From positions 26,846,001-26,910,000 of the forward strand of contig CP158635.1 in the NCBI GenBank assembly GCA_050273025.1: DNA of 64,000 bases. The letters are read 5' to 3'. Below the pieces are notes generated by a model. It saw only the letters and a program-made list of their open reading frames with translations, was not told where the DNA came from and searched no databases. The position numbers and the translations under genes are program-made. Of this stretch, positions 47,118 through 59,500 are shown piece after piece. This DNA comes from Cenococcum geophilum (Eukaryota). Each line of letters starts with the position of its first letter. Within the stretch, counting starts at the first letter, position 1.

Positions 47118-50100
47118 CTAAGTTTCAGTCTTCTCCCACTCATGACCCGGGTGACTCTTGTCTGCTGTAAGTTTACACATAAAACAATAGTCGAAATCGG
47201 GACAAATCACACAGTGAAACCGCGGGCCGTAGATATCCTAGATAGTGAGCATACATTCCTTTACAAAAGTATAGAGTGCTTACATGCTCGCAGCTATCAC
47301 AAATAACACCTGGCACTTTCTCGGCTACTTTGGTAGACACTTTTTCCGCAAAAATTTGCGTGGCTTCTGATAGTGTATGTTCACACGTGAACAGATCACT
47401 TCGCCAATTTCCCAACTCGGACAGAAGCTTTCGATTACCATGGAATATAGCAATGGAGTAAGGTGTCCACAAGGCCTGCGGATATGAAGTTCGGACAACA
47501 TGTCCTTGGAATCCCTTATCAATTAATAATCGAAGAACTTCAGCATCCCCAATCCTGCACGCCCAATGTAATGGTGACCAACCATCACTCTCCTCAACGC
47601 ATAGGCTAGGATGTTGTAGAATCCTTTGTACCGTTAAAGCAGAAGCTCCGGACGCCGCATACGATAAGATTTGGTCTCCTCTCATGTCCTTTACATTGAT
47701 ATCCATACCAAGTGCTAGAAGACTGTCCATAGTGCTGATGTGACCGCCCCTTGCAGCAAGGTGAAGAGCACTCCTTCCCTGGTCATCTCTTAAGTCCTGG
47801 CCAGCTCTATTTCCCGTTAATAACAGACGTAGTAGCTCTGTTCGCCCATTAAATGCTGCTCCGTTATGAGCGTTGCCGTAGCGTCCCCCTTGCACGTTGG
47901 CATCTGCGCCCTTTTGTAGTAGCAGCTCGACGGTCTTGACGCGGCCTTCAGTCGATGCCGCACAGAGCGCGGTGCCGTACCATCCATCTTGCGCGTTGAC
48001 GTCCGCGCCCTTGCTTAGCAGCAGCTCGACGGTCTTGTTGTGGCCTCCATATGATGCTGCATAGAGCGCGGAGCCGTACCGTTCACCTTGCGCGTTGACG
48101 TCCGCGCCCTTGCTTAGCAGCAGCTCGACGGCCTTGTCACGGCCTCCATACGATGCCGCCTGGAGCGCGGTGCCGAACTCTCCATTTTGCGCGTTGGCGT
48201 CCGCGCCCTTGCTTAGCAGCAGCTCGACGGTCTTATTGTGGCCTCCATATGATGCCACACAGAGCGCACCTTGCGCGTTGACGTCTGCGCCCTTGCCTAG
48301 CAGCAGCTCGACGGTCTTGTCATGGCCTCCATACGATGCCGCCTGGAGCGCGGTGCCGAACTCTCCATCTTGCGCGTTGGCGTCCGCGCCCTTGCTTAGC
48401 AGCAGCTCGACAGTCTTGTTGTGGCCTCCATACGATGCCGCACAGATCGCGGTGCCGTACTGTCCACCTTGCGCGTTAACATCTGCGCCCTTGCTTAGCA
48501 GCAGCTCGACGGTCTTGTCGCGGCCTCCATACGATGCCGCACAGAGCGCGGTGCCGAACTCTCCATCTTGCGCGTTGGCGTCCGCGCCCTTGCTTAGCAG
48601 CAGCTCGACAGTCTTGTTGTGGCCTCCATACGATGCCGCACAGATCGCGGTGCCGTACTGTCCACCTTGCGCGTTAACATCTGCGCCCTTGCTTAGCAGC
48701 AGCTCGACGGTCTTGTCGCGGCCTCCATACGATGCCGCACAGAGCGCGGTGCCGAACTCTCCATCTTGCGCGTTGACGTCCGCGCCCTTGCTTAGCAGCA
48801 GCTCGACGGTCTTGTCGCGGCCTCCATACGATGCCGCACAGAGCGCGGTGCCGAACTCTCCATCTTGCGCGTTGACGTCCGCGCCCTTGCTTAGCAGTAG
48901 CTCGACGGTCTTGTTGTGGCCTCCATATGATGCCGCACAGAGCGCGGAGCCGTACCGTTCACCTTGCGCGTTGACGTCCGCGCCCTTGCTTAGCAGCAGC
49001 TCGACAGTCTTGTCGCGGCCTCCATACAATGCCGCCTGGAGCGCGGTGCCGTACTGTCCACCTTGCGCGTTGACATCCACGCCCTTGCTTAGCAGCAGCT
49101 CGACGGTCTTGTCGTGACCCTCAAGCGATGCCGCCTGGAGCGCGGTGCCGTACTGTCCACCTTGCGCGTTGACGCCCGCGCCCTTGCTTAGCAGTAGCTC
49201 GACGGTCTTGTTGTGGCCTCCATATGATGCCGCCTGGAGCGCGGAGCCGTACGGTCCACCTTGCGCGTTGACGTCCGCGCCCTTGCTTAGCAGCAGCTCG
49301 ACGGTCTTGTCGCGGCCTCTATACGATGCCGCACAGAGCGCGGTGCCTAACTCTCCACCTTGCGCGTTAACTTCCGCGCCCTTGCTTAGCAGCAGCTCGA
49401 CGGTGTTGACGTGGCATTCAATCGATGCCGCCTGGAGCGCGGTGCCGTACGGTCCACCTTGCGCATTAACGTCCGCGCCCTTGCTTAGCAGCAGCTCGAT
49501 GGTCTTGTCGTGGCATCCATATAATACAGCCTGGAGTACGGTACCGTACGGTCCACCTTGCGCGTTAACGTCCGCGCCCTTGCTTAGCAGCAGCTCGACG
49601 GTCTTGTCGTGGCATCCATATAATGCAGCCTGGAGCACGGTACCGTACGGTCCACCTTGCGCGTTGACGTCCGCGCCCTTGCTTAGCAGCAGCTCGACGG
49701 TCTTGTCGTGGCCTCTATACGATGCCGCCTGGAGCGCGGTGCCGAACTCTCCACCTTGCGCATTGACGTCCGCGCCCTTGCTTAGCAGCAGCTCGACGGT
49801 GTTGACGTGGCCCTCAATCGATGCCGCCTGGAGCGCGGTGCCGTACGGTCCACCTTGCGCATTAACGTCCGCGCCCTTGCTTAGCAGTAGCTCGACGGTC
49901 TTGTCGTAACCCTCAATCGATGCCGCCTGGAGCGCGGTGCCGTACCGTCCACCTTGCGCGTTGACGTCAGCGCCCGCCTTAACAATCAACAGACTTACAA
50001 TCTCGGTAAGACCACTCTGCGACGCATAGTATAGCGGAGTCGGAACTTCTGCGAACCTTCTTTGAAAATTAGGCTTCTGCCAAGGCCGATCTAGATCATA

Positions 50101-52458
50101 TATGCGAATCCAATTTAAGTATGCACCTTTTCCAGTAGAAAAAAACTTCATAGCCAGACGATTCAAAGCTTCTGTCTTCTGTGTTGCGGCTTGAGTATGA
50201 ATGATCCAGAATTGCGCTGAGTACCAAGCTAGCTTAAACTCTTGGATACTTCTATTAGACAGAGAATCCGGTACTTGAAATTGGAGAAGATACCCGAGGC
50301 AGCTCTCCGCAAGAAATTCATTACAAATAGTTTCTTGTATACTATACCGTTTTGCTCGGCCTTGACGACAGCGCTCCGAGATAAGATACTCCTTTACAGA
50401 GTAATGAGCTAAATGAACAGTTGTTCGTGTCGACTCTGACGTTTCCATGCCAGAATTTTCGGTTGTGGCTAGGGTAACGAGGCTCGAGCATATTGTCAAC
50501 ACATCCGAGGGATTTTCGAGTACTTCCTGGCTATTAAACGCGGGATCACGTTCAACATCAATAGCAACTACTTCAGAGATCTCTTCTACTAGAAGCGGCC
50601 TAGAAGAAAATGCCAGCCACCGCAAAATACGGATAGCATACTCGGAGTAATCGTTCTGGATAGAGTAGAGAATTCGCTCGTAGGTGGCATCTAGTGTTGG
50701 TGGTAGATCTGCCAAGGCCTTCCGCAACATTACGCGGTTTAGACATCTTCCTAATGCGTCCAGCTGGCACATAACCCATCGAAACCTGTTATTACTATTA
50801 GCGTTAGAATTTAACAACGGAGAGGCGAATATACATACATCCCGTGGGCTCCCTCCATTAGCCTAGCCTCGATTTCATGCCTGATATCGGGGTCTTTCTG
50901 CCATTTCTTCAAGCCCTTATCATTAGATAATCTTTGGCAAACGTATTTGTTAATATCCCTGTCCACTAATTTGCTTTCGAGACATATTGTACTCTGCTTA
51001 TCTACGATAGACTCCAATGAGTTTTCGATGTCTTGTTCCCTTCGGCTCGTAACGAGGATATGCAGATTCTCAAGCCGCCATCCGGCCATTCTTTCGAGAA
51101 GACCCATTAACACGGCTCGATCAGCACACTCATCTAAAGCGTCGAGGATAATATATGACTGTGGGAACCCTAGGAGCATCTGATACAGCACTTCTAAAAG
51201 GGCATCTAACGATGGTTGTCGCTCTCCGTTCCCACAGGAGGAGAAGATCGCCTCGAGAGTCGTAGGTATCTTGACACACTGCTGCGAGAGCTGAGAAATT
51301 AATGATCGGATCATTAATTCTGGGAGTTGCTTCTGTGCGTCGTTAAAGTCGAAATAGAAGTACGTAACTACCTTTCTAGGGTTATCGGCACAGTATTGGA
51401 GGATACTTTGGAGGATCGTCGAGCTTAGAATAGTTTTGCCGCATCCCGGAATCCCATACAACCAGAGAAATGAGAAAGGATCTATCTTCCACTGAGCATA
51501 TTCGTCACTTTCGAGAAACCAGAGACCGGTGTCGTCTTGGCGCTGTCTGAGTGCTTTCTGATAATTGAGAGACGGATCTGGCGGAGACAACCATTGATAA
51601 ATATTCATTAGCCTCGCATCTAGAGCTTAATAATCAGCGACGGCAATATACTGAGGAGATGATTTACGCACAAGACGAGCCTTGTGGCCCTTTAAAGTCT
51701 TTCCGGTATTCACCCTTTACAGATTTCTCGATCTCCTCCTGGAGCCGAATGAACGCCTTTTCCTTCCCTTCGCCATAGATGAGCGGTATATGGATGTCGA
51801 AGATGCCTAGTAGAGAATACGCCTTATCTTCTTTGCGCGTGGTTTTGCGCTTTGCTGCCCAGGACATTCGCTCGGTGACACTGAAATTAGACAAAGGATT
51901 TCCCCGAAGAGCTTGAACGTCAATCCCAGTTATCTCGTAGACTTGTTGCTCCATTGATATTTTGTCACCCAGTCGCTCGCCCTCTAAAGAGAAGAATTCG
52001 ACCGATTTAGGAGCGATAAGCTCTTGAAGCGTCCAGCCCCGAGCGAACCATCTACTCTTTCGAAAAGCCAACTTCCATGTGGATCGGGATAAGTGATCAT
52101 ATTCGTCACCGTCACTTCTTGAAACATCTGAAAGATATACGTAGCATTTGGTCGCCTCACGGTACCAGCGAAACATAGAGTTGACCGCTTCCGTAAGCTC
52201 GGCGCTGCTCGATTTATCGATGCAACAAGTGTCGACCCAGAAGTATTGGAGGCCATCGTTAGCAGCTTGTTTTGCACAAAACTGGATTTTGGCATAGCCA
52301 GCCTTGTTCTTGCCGGTATGGTGCATTAGGTCTTTGAAGGTGACCTCATCGTCATCAGCTCCCCAAGTATGCGAAAGAATGGCATATTGAGGAACACTGT
52401 CCCCAACAAACTCAGTCAAGCTGAACTCGCCAGAGGCTTCGAGTTTCAAGAGACGCAT
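47118..52458 (-). CDS. NLR-type protein: HET domain - NACHT NTPase - ankyrin repeats - ZZ zinc finger (~1715 aa); exons 52458-51714, 51619-50839, 50785-47284, 47237-47118
   Basis: HET motifs YAILSHTW, FWVDTCCIDKSS, SMFRWY, RGWTLQEL; Walker A GIPGCGKT and Walker B IILDALDEC; MFRWVMCQLD across intron 2; 21 near-identical 33-aa ankyrin repeats; spliced C-terminus CDSC...RFHCVICPDFDYCFMC...HPGH. All three introns have GT-AG ends and branch signals and preserve the frame. Confidence 0.93.
47878..49975 (-). repeat. Intragenic tandem array of 21 highly similar 99-bp ankyrin-coding units
   Basis: Recurrent GCGCCCTTGCTTAGCAGCAGCTCGACGGTCTTG at 99-bp period; one junction lacks 15 bp. Confidence 0.95.
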
Positions 52459-53396
52459 ATTTATGCATAGATTTCGGAGGCAGAAAAGGAGGGATATTTA
52501 CGAGATGGTCGCGAACACGACATGCCTCGTTAGTGGAAGATACTCACAATGACGGATTCTATGTCGTTGAGGATCGTAGATGCTCGGAGTGGAATGAACA
52601 GGTGGATATCGAGCTGTTGGATTGAAGCGGGCAGTGGAGGCAGAGCGATTTGCGGCTGAGCAGTAGGATGTTTTCGCAGGATCAGCCACTATGTTGAATG
52701 CGTCGTGGGTACGGCTTAGCAAGCGTGATATTTGCACTATAGCACCTCCAACTCAGTCGCAACAGCCGTGCCATATCAGAGCAATACGATCAAACAGCAG
52801 CGTTAGGTTATCTTACACTAGAATTTGTTGAAGAAAGCTCTCTTCCAATGTTATGATGCTTACAGCGAATTGATACTACTTGTACGAATTCTCTAAAAGC
52901 CGCGCTAGCAGGGGGGCGGCCGACACGCTGTGGCCACACCCTTGTTTCGTGGCGTTTCCTCGACATTAGCGCGGTCAAAGCTACGATCCACTTTGCGAAG
53001 GGGATAGGTCGGCTTTGCAACCGAACAGTCCCTCCCGAGAAATATTTCAAGAAAAGGGTCTCTGCTTGTGTTTTTATCTGCAGCACGTTTTGACTCCAAA
53101 CTCAAAGCGTTGTTATCCCGTCGATCAAACATGTGTGGATGTATACCGTTTTAAATGCTCAGAGCAGGTAATGATACACTAAAATGGCCGTGCGTGATCA
53201 ACGGCGCCTTCAATGGGAACTTGGACGTGACAGAATGTTGTATGAGCCATAATCAAGTTTGAATCGCGGGGCGCATGCTCTCACTCAGAAAGAGTCCAGC
53301 TGAAGCCGAAATTTCCCTACACCGCACACCCTTTAATGCTCTTTCTGATGAAGCACTCCTGGTCCATTGCGTGTATTATAATACCCCAGTCACTCG

Positions 53397-54296
53397 ATGT
53401 TTTCAATCTCCAGTCACAACAAACTCGAGAGAAAAGACAACCCCAAGACCCTGAAACGCCCCTTCTCAACTGGCGGCCTGAATTTGAGAACGTCAGTATC
53501 GCTTACTGAAATAGAGGGCGGCAATGATGCTGGAAGCTCCACCTGCCATCCTTGACACATTACCCACCTTTCTTACATGAGCCAGCGTGCCCCACAAAAG
53601 CACCATCATTCCGATACCCACACGTGCCGACGTGGGCAGCTTCATCGCCGCGGACCTAGACGTCACACGCCTTAATAAAATAAATAATCTCCTCTGGTTG
53701 TGTGGACGCCAAATTCCGCCCGCTCGCTGCGTCGACATCTGGCTTATTCGTTCGCAGTTAGACTTCAAGCTGGCCGAGAGCCTAAACTTACTTCCCGATG
53801 GCCTGAAATGGACGCAGTGGTGCATCCTCTCAGAAGAACGCTTGGTGAATATTGGGCGACTCCTGAAGATCGCGTGAGCCTAAGGTATCATTATGGTGAG
53901 CTGAGACGTACGTGTATTGATACTATCTATCGATTTACGCCACGCTTCTTCTTGCGATACTCTATCGCTGGGTATTTCTACGAGGAGGACCTCGCGGTCG
54001 TGTTTCATAAGCGTCAGGTTGCATGGCTCGTCGTTGCCTTTGTCTTCTTCAGTCTTATTCTTTCCGCTATGCAAGTGGGTCTTGCGGTTACGTCTTTGAA
54101 TGATAATTATGTCTTTGGTAGGGTCTCATATGGCTTTGTTGTTTTTACAATTATCCTCGTCGCATTTACCATGACCGTTGTGCTTGTTGTCTTCGTCAGC
54201 CTGTGGATTTCCGATAAATTAAAAGTTGTCTTTCAAGCGAAGAAGGGGATGGAGAGAAATTTTCAGGACAGGATGGGGGAGAGACGAGAGCTTTGA
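53397..54296 (+). pseudogene. DUF6601-like membrane protein pseudogene
   Basis: Family-like motifs LDVTRLNKI..LWLCGR, WLI...DF.LA...LLP, RYHYGELR and ILSAMQVGLA with two C-terminal hydrophobic helices are spread over different frames with stops (53578, 53875); the middle segment appears deleted. Confidence 0.65.
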
Positions 54297-54740
54297 TAAC
54301 TTGGGTTTGGCTAACAGTAGAGCCTCTAGCGTTGCTCTAGGAGGATATGGGCAGGAATAGAATTACAGTAACACGCTTCCACGCACGCAATGCATATGGC
54401 CTAAAGGCCCTGGATCTTATCAATGAGTTTCTCAGACCGGCGAGGTGCAGATTGGAGGATATAAATGCTATCCTTTTGTCTTTAGGTTTGTAGAACTTGA
54501 CTTCACAGCCCAAAATTAGAAAAGGTATTAATTAAAAGCAAACTAAATGTTAAAATCGCTTTCCTTGGAATTTAGACTTTATTTCAAGATGATCCTAAGA
54601 CATCATTTTCATCCCAAATCAGACTATGCTCGCCAAATCTCTGTAAATTGAGCTGTTAGTTCGCAAACTTTCCTTTCATGCTTCAAAACCGGTTGTCCCG
54701 TCCGTAAAGCCCTGACTAACAGGAGTTGTTCGGCGTAACA

Positions 54741-55966
54741 TCAGATAAAATCTTCGCAGACTTCCTTGTCACCATTGACTTTGGCAAGCTTCGTCTCAGG
54801 TAACACTCCCCTCGGACCACCTGCCGGTGGTGGGAGATATACGTACGGCTCCTGCCCTGGAAGTTTCCTCACCATAGCCAGTCCACGCTCAAGCCGCTCA
54901 TCCCAGAGCAGCAGAGTCCTCTTGCGGAACGCATTGCAGAAACTCCGGAAGGCAGTCGAAAAGGAGCTCGCCAAAGGTACCAATAGCTGCGTCTTGGGTA
55001 GCTGAGAAGGTTTTGAGAGACGGATATGGGTGCAGTATGTATGCGGTTGGGTGTGTGACTCGTATAACCGCAGGTGGTAGCGCTCGTTACGGTTGTTGGC
55101 GAGGTCGATGCGAGTCAACGTGACATCATATTCAAAGCCTGTACTATCAATGTAGATGTGATAGAGGTCTGTTGGCTCATCAGCCCCCGGAGCGTCAGTG
55201 TGAAGGTCTGACGGGGCTTGTTGATGAGAGATTGAGGCAGGCTTTTGGGTAGCAATCGGGACCGTTGGCACATTTGTAGCGGCACGTTTGGCACGGGCAA
55301 GCTGGAGGGCATCGAGGGAGGAGGAAAACCATGAAGTGGATGCAGGCTTGGATCTGGTCTTGGACATACCAGAGTGTAGGTCCGACATGGCAGATTTGCA
55401 GCCTCTTCCGAATTTAGCTACTAGATTTAGGCTTGGTCAGTAGTGATTTAGGACGTGATGCCGAATAATTCCAGAGTATGCTGCAAATTCGAGGGTGTCT
55501 GAGGATGTTTGTAGGAGTGAAGGGTTGGATGTGATGCGGATTTGGCTCACCGTCATGCTTTGCCTGCTTGCGCTCTTTTGCCCTTCTTTCGTTCTTCTCC
55601 TTCAGCTTCGCCTTGTCGATTGTTTTCCATAAATAAGGCTTCTCTCGCTTGTGGGTGCTATTCTGCAGTGAATCCTCGAGCCAGTCAAACGTCACAACCT
55701 TGATATCCGTGTTCCTTTTGGCGGCCTTGACTGTAGGAGTGTTAGTTTTATTTTGATGTGGGATAGCTGAGGCGGAGAAATAACCTACCGAGCGGCGCTT
55801 GCTTCTTCCAGTGCTCCTTGGAGCAGATCAAATGAGTAGTGTGTGCTGTGACGCTGGTAGCCCAGGTACCACCGTTGGATTCGACCCATCTCTTTATATC
55901 TCTGTATGAGTGAGAGCCAAAGTCACCAGTAGCGACAATGGTGTACTTGGAGAGCGGGTTCTTCAT
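54741..55966 (-). CDS. BRCT-domain plus WGR-like domain protein; approximate exons 55966-55789, 55730-55551, ~55421-55370, 55168-54741
   Basis: BRCT motifs IKRWVESNGG, THLICS, VVTFDWLEDSL; C-terminal YDVTLTRIDLANNRNERYHLRLYES...F..AFRKRT...WDER resembles a WGR fold; GT-AG introns with branch sites. Confidence 0.8.
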
Positions 55967-56467
55967 GTTGATCTTGGGGTAGGCGATAGCTCAAGAAATG
56001 CTGCTTGACATGAGTCTAGGTCTACGTGGTGGAGGCGGCAAAGGCGTGATGTTAAGACCACAACGGATTAGTGGAAAGCGGGCTCTGAAGATAAGAAAAC
56101 AAATTCACCACTACAGGATAGATGAGACGATTGAGATCAGTTGAAAATGGAGTAGTTGTTGAGATGGAATAGAATAGAAGGATGAAGTTAAAGGACCGTG
56201 AATGTTAAGTTGGAGACGGAGTGGAATTAGCCGACTGACTGCTGTGAAGGATGGGTAGTAGATATTCATGAGGCAATTTAATGCCTAAGTGGCACTTTTG
56301 CTTGACATGCTAGCTTTTAGTGGTCATTAACTCATTTTTATTCAGTTTGCTAACCATCTGCGAACATGTCTACGTAGTGATATCTGCCTGAAGCCCTTGA
56401 ACCGGCTTTTAGATCTGGAGTAAACAAGTATTTGAATTCAGGTGCTTACATCTCGAGAAGGAAAATA

Positions 56468-58860
56468 TCAGAGTGCCTTCGCTGCTGTAATGAAAGCTTG
56501 AATCTTCAGTAGGCTCTGCTCTCCGTTCTCTTCAACGCCACTACTGACATCCACAGCCTTCACCCATTCTCTCAGATCGCCCAGATCTTCGATTATGCTA
56601 TGGACATTGCTAGGATCTAGCCCGCCGGCCAAGATAGCTTTAAGGCCCTGATCTTGTGATAGAGTTCTCTTCACGTCTGCAAGGTCTAGCTTCTTGCCTG
56701 AGCCACCAACACCTGAATCAAGCAATGGAAGCGCATGATAGCCCCTCAACCCAAGGCCGGGCTCATTAGGTTTGAAACTTCTGATTACTGGGACTGGAAC
56801 CAGCTTAGCCCACTCGACTGGCTCTGAGCCGTGGAATTGGACAATATCAAGGTTAAGAAGCCGTTGCTGAGACAGGACATGATCAAGAGGCTGATTTTGA
56901 AAGACGCCTACAAGAAGAGCACGTTCTGGATGTAACAGCTGATAGGTAGAGGTATGATCGAAGTAGTCAGAGGCCACTTTTGGTGAGTTTGATGGCTTTT
57001 CGATTCCTCTTCGCGGCTTCTGGGTAGAGTGCACAACTTGGGAGATCTCTAGTGCAGTCTCCTGTGAGACTGTGCGTTTCCGACCTTCTACAAGGATCAT
57101 TCCAACTAGGTCCGCTCCAGCTTCGACTGCAGCCTTCGCTGCTTCTGCGCTGCGAGTGCCACAGATCTTCACAAGAAGTTCCTTCTTATCTTTGGATTGT
57201 ACGTCTTTTTCCGCGCTTCCGAGGAGCTCTGAAATAAACTGAGCAGTATCTGAAGCTCGCATCAGTGCCTCACCTACTAGAACAGCACCGACCCCATTCT
57301 TTGTATACGGCTCAACATCCTTCGGTCCTGATATACCGCTCAGTGCGCATACCACTGTTTCTGCTGGCACCATGTCCATCAAGCGGCTTGTCGTATCCAG
57401 ATCCACTTCGAAACTGGTAAGGTTGCGGTTGTTGACGCCAATCACCTTTGAACCTAGCTCTACAGCAATGCGCATTTCGTCCACATTGTTTACTTCTACT
57501 AAGGGTTCCATTCCAAGAGACTGAGAGTACGAGTACAGCCTTTTAAGGGTCGCTTCATCGAGCATTTTGACGATTAGCAGAACTGTATCTGCTCCTGCGA
57601 CTCTCGCTTCCAGGATTTGGTATTCGTCGAAGATGAACTCCTTCCGAAGGACTGCTGGTCGGTTGGGCATGCCTTCAAGGCTTTGTCGAACAGCTCTCAG
57701 ATCATCAATGCTTCCTTTAAACCACTCTGGTTCGGTGAGCACTGATATGACGCTAGCACCGGCAAGAGCATATGTCCGAGCTTGAGCTGGTGCACACGTT
57801 GACAGAGAGATAATTCCCTTTGAAGGAGATGCCCGCTTAATTTCGGCCATCAAGGACAATCTGTATGGTGACTGCTTCAATCTTTCTGGGAATGAGATCT
57901 GGGGGGGCGAAAGATTGAGGTCATACGATGCTTGTAGATCGCTGGGCCTTTGAGAGGGGATCTGCTTTTGCTGCGCAACTGCTGCTTTGCGATGGTCGTA
58001 GATCTTCTCCAAAATTGACGTTTTCTTGTCCTTCGTTGTGAACCCGTTTGTGGCGTTCGATGAGCCGTTAGAGACATCTCCAACCGCCCCTGTCGCTTTA
58101 GCATGAGCCTGCTTAGAAAGCTTCTCATTTTCTGCCCACGTCCCTCCCTGCATCCGCAAAAAGTTCCTTAGCATGACCCTCCCCCCTGCGGTTAATATGC
58201 TCTCGGGATGGAACTGGACACCCTCCACCAAATATTCCTTATGGCGGACTCCCATAATAATACCTTTGCCACCATCCGGACCTGAAGCAGTCCAGGAAGT
58301 TACTTCGAGACAATCCGGGAGTGTAGGATGAGTGCCGGCTAGCGAGTGGTATCTTGTCACAGGGAGGTCTTGAGGGAGGTCTGCATAGACGCCTTTTGAA
58401 TCATGTCGGAGTGGGGAGGTCTTCCCGTGCAGAATTTCGCCGGTAACATCAACGCGTCCGCCAAACACAGAAAATATGCATTGTCTTCAGAAGTTAGTCA
58501 AGCCACTCTGGAAGTCGCGGAGTATGTATCCAAGACTCACTCTCCCATGCAAACACCAAGCACCGGTATCTTTCCGCTGAAGTGCCGGATGGCATCTTGA
58601 CTTATCCCCGCGTCAGTATCAGGGTGTCCCGGCCCAGGGCTGACCACAAGCTGTGTGGGATTTTTCGCAATTAGGTCCTCGAGGGTAATTTCATCATTGC
58701 GGTAAACCGTGACACTAGCACCCTCGAGTACTAAATATTGATATACATTCCACGTAAATGAATCGTAGTTATCAATGAGGACGAGGTTCGATGCAGTTGA
58801 TAGTGGGGGGGAAGGTGAGGGGTGATGTGGCGAATGGTCGATGAGATCGAGACTAGGCAT
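56468..58860 (-). CDS. trpC: Trifunctional tryptophan biosynthesis protein (anthranilate synthase component II / IGP synthase / PRA isomerase), 778 aa; exons 58860-58541, 58484-56468
   Basis: [22 protein letters not shown] across the intron, [46 protein letters not shown]. Confidence 0.98.
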
Positions 58861-58977
58861 TGCACGGACAGAGCCTGAAGCCAGGTGGATATTCACGAGG
58901 CGCAATTGAAGGAGTTTTCAAAAGCTGTATTTAAAAGGCCCCCGTAGTTCTGTATATCTGAAACGTTGTGTGGAGGG

Positions 58978-58984
58978 TGACTCA
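58978..58984. promoter_or_regulatory. Putative Gcn4/CpcA (cross-pathway control) site TGACTCA upstream of trpC
   Basis: Exact heptamer 118 bp upstream of the trpC ATG, in the divergent trpC/Nup188 intergenic region. Confidence 0.55.
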
Positions 58985-59500
58985 CTCTTCGGTGCGAGCA
59001 CTCACGGAAGAGATGCGGACAGATCGGAGCGACGGGGACATCCCGAGATCGGGAGCGGAGGACTTGGCACTAAATTTGGCGGAGCGGAATTGTCTTTTTC
59101 CAGCCAATTATAGGGTAATCGTCATCAAAAAGTGTTTAGAAGGTCTAGTAGAAAGATGGCTAGTTGCAAATGATGTTAGGAATATGGGAAACGACATGGT
59201 TCGGGCCAAACAAATTCCATTAATCACTAGAGAATATTAGGACTATTCATCCAGAGGCTTCTCTGGAATTATCCCTGTATGCGTTTTGAAGCCCGGCCGC
59301 CACGTCGTGGTCAGGGAATATCGAAGCATTGATAATTGGTGTCGTTCGTCGGAGAGCGGAGCGGAGGAAATACACGCGAACTCTTTCGTGAAGTGTTGCT
59401 CTACGCGCCAAGCCTAAGATCCAACTCGAATTCCTCTATCCCAGACCTTCCACTCCATGGACCTTGGAGAACCCATACTCACAGCGCACTGAAGCGCGGT

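Noticed and set aside
48095..49909. Plus-strand Ser/Pro-rich repeat ORFs
   Set aside because: Antisense shadows of the ankyrin array.
51664..52458. HET, NACHT and ankyrin ORFs as three separate genes
   Set aside because: They are joined in frame by canonical introns.
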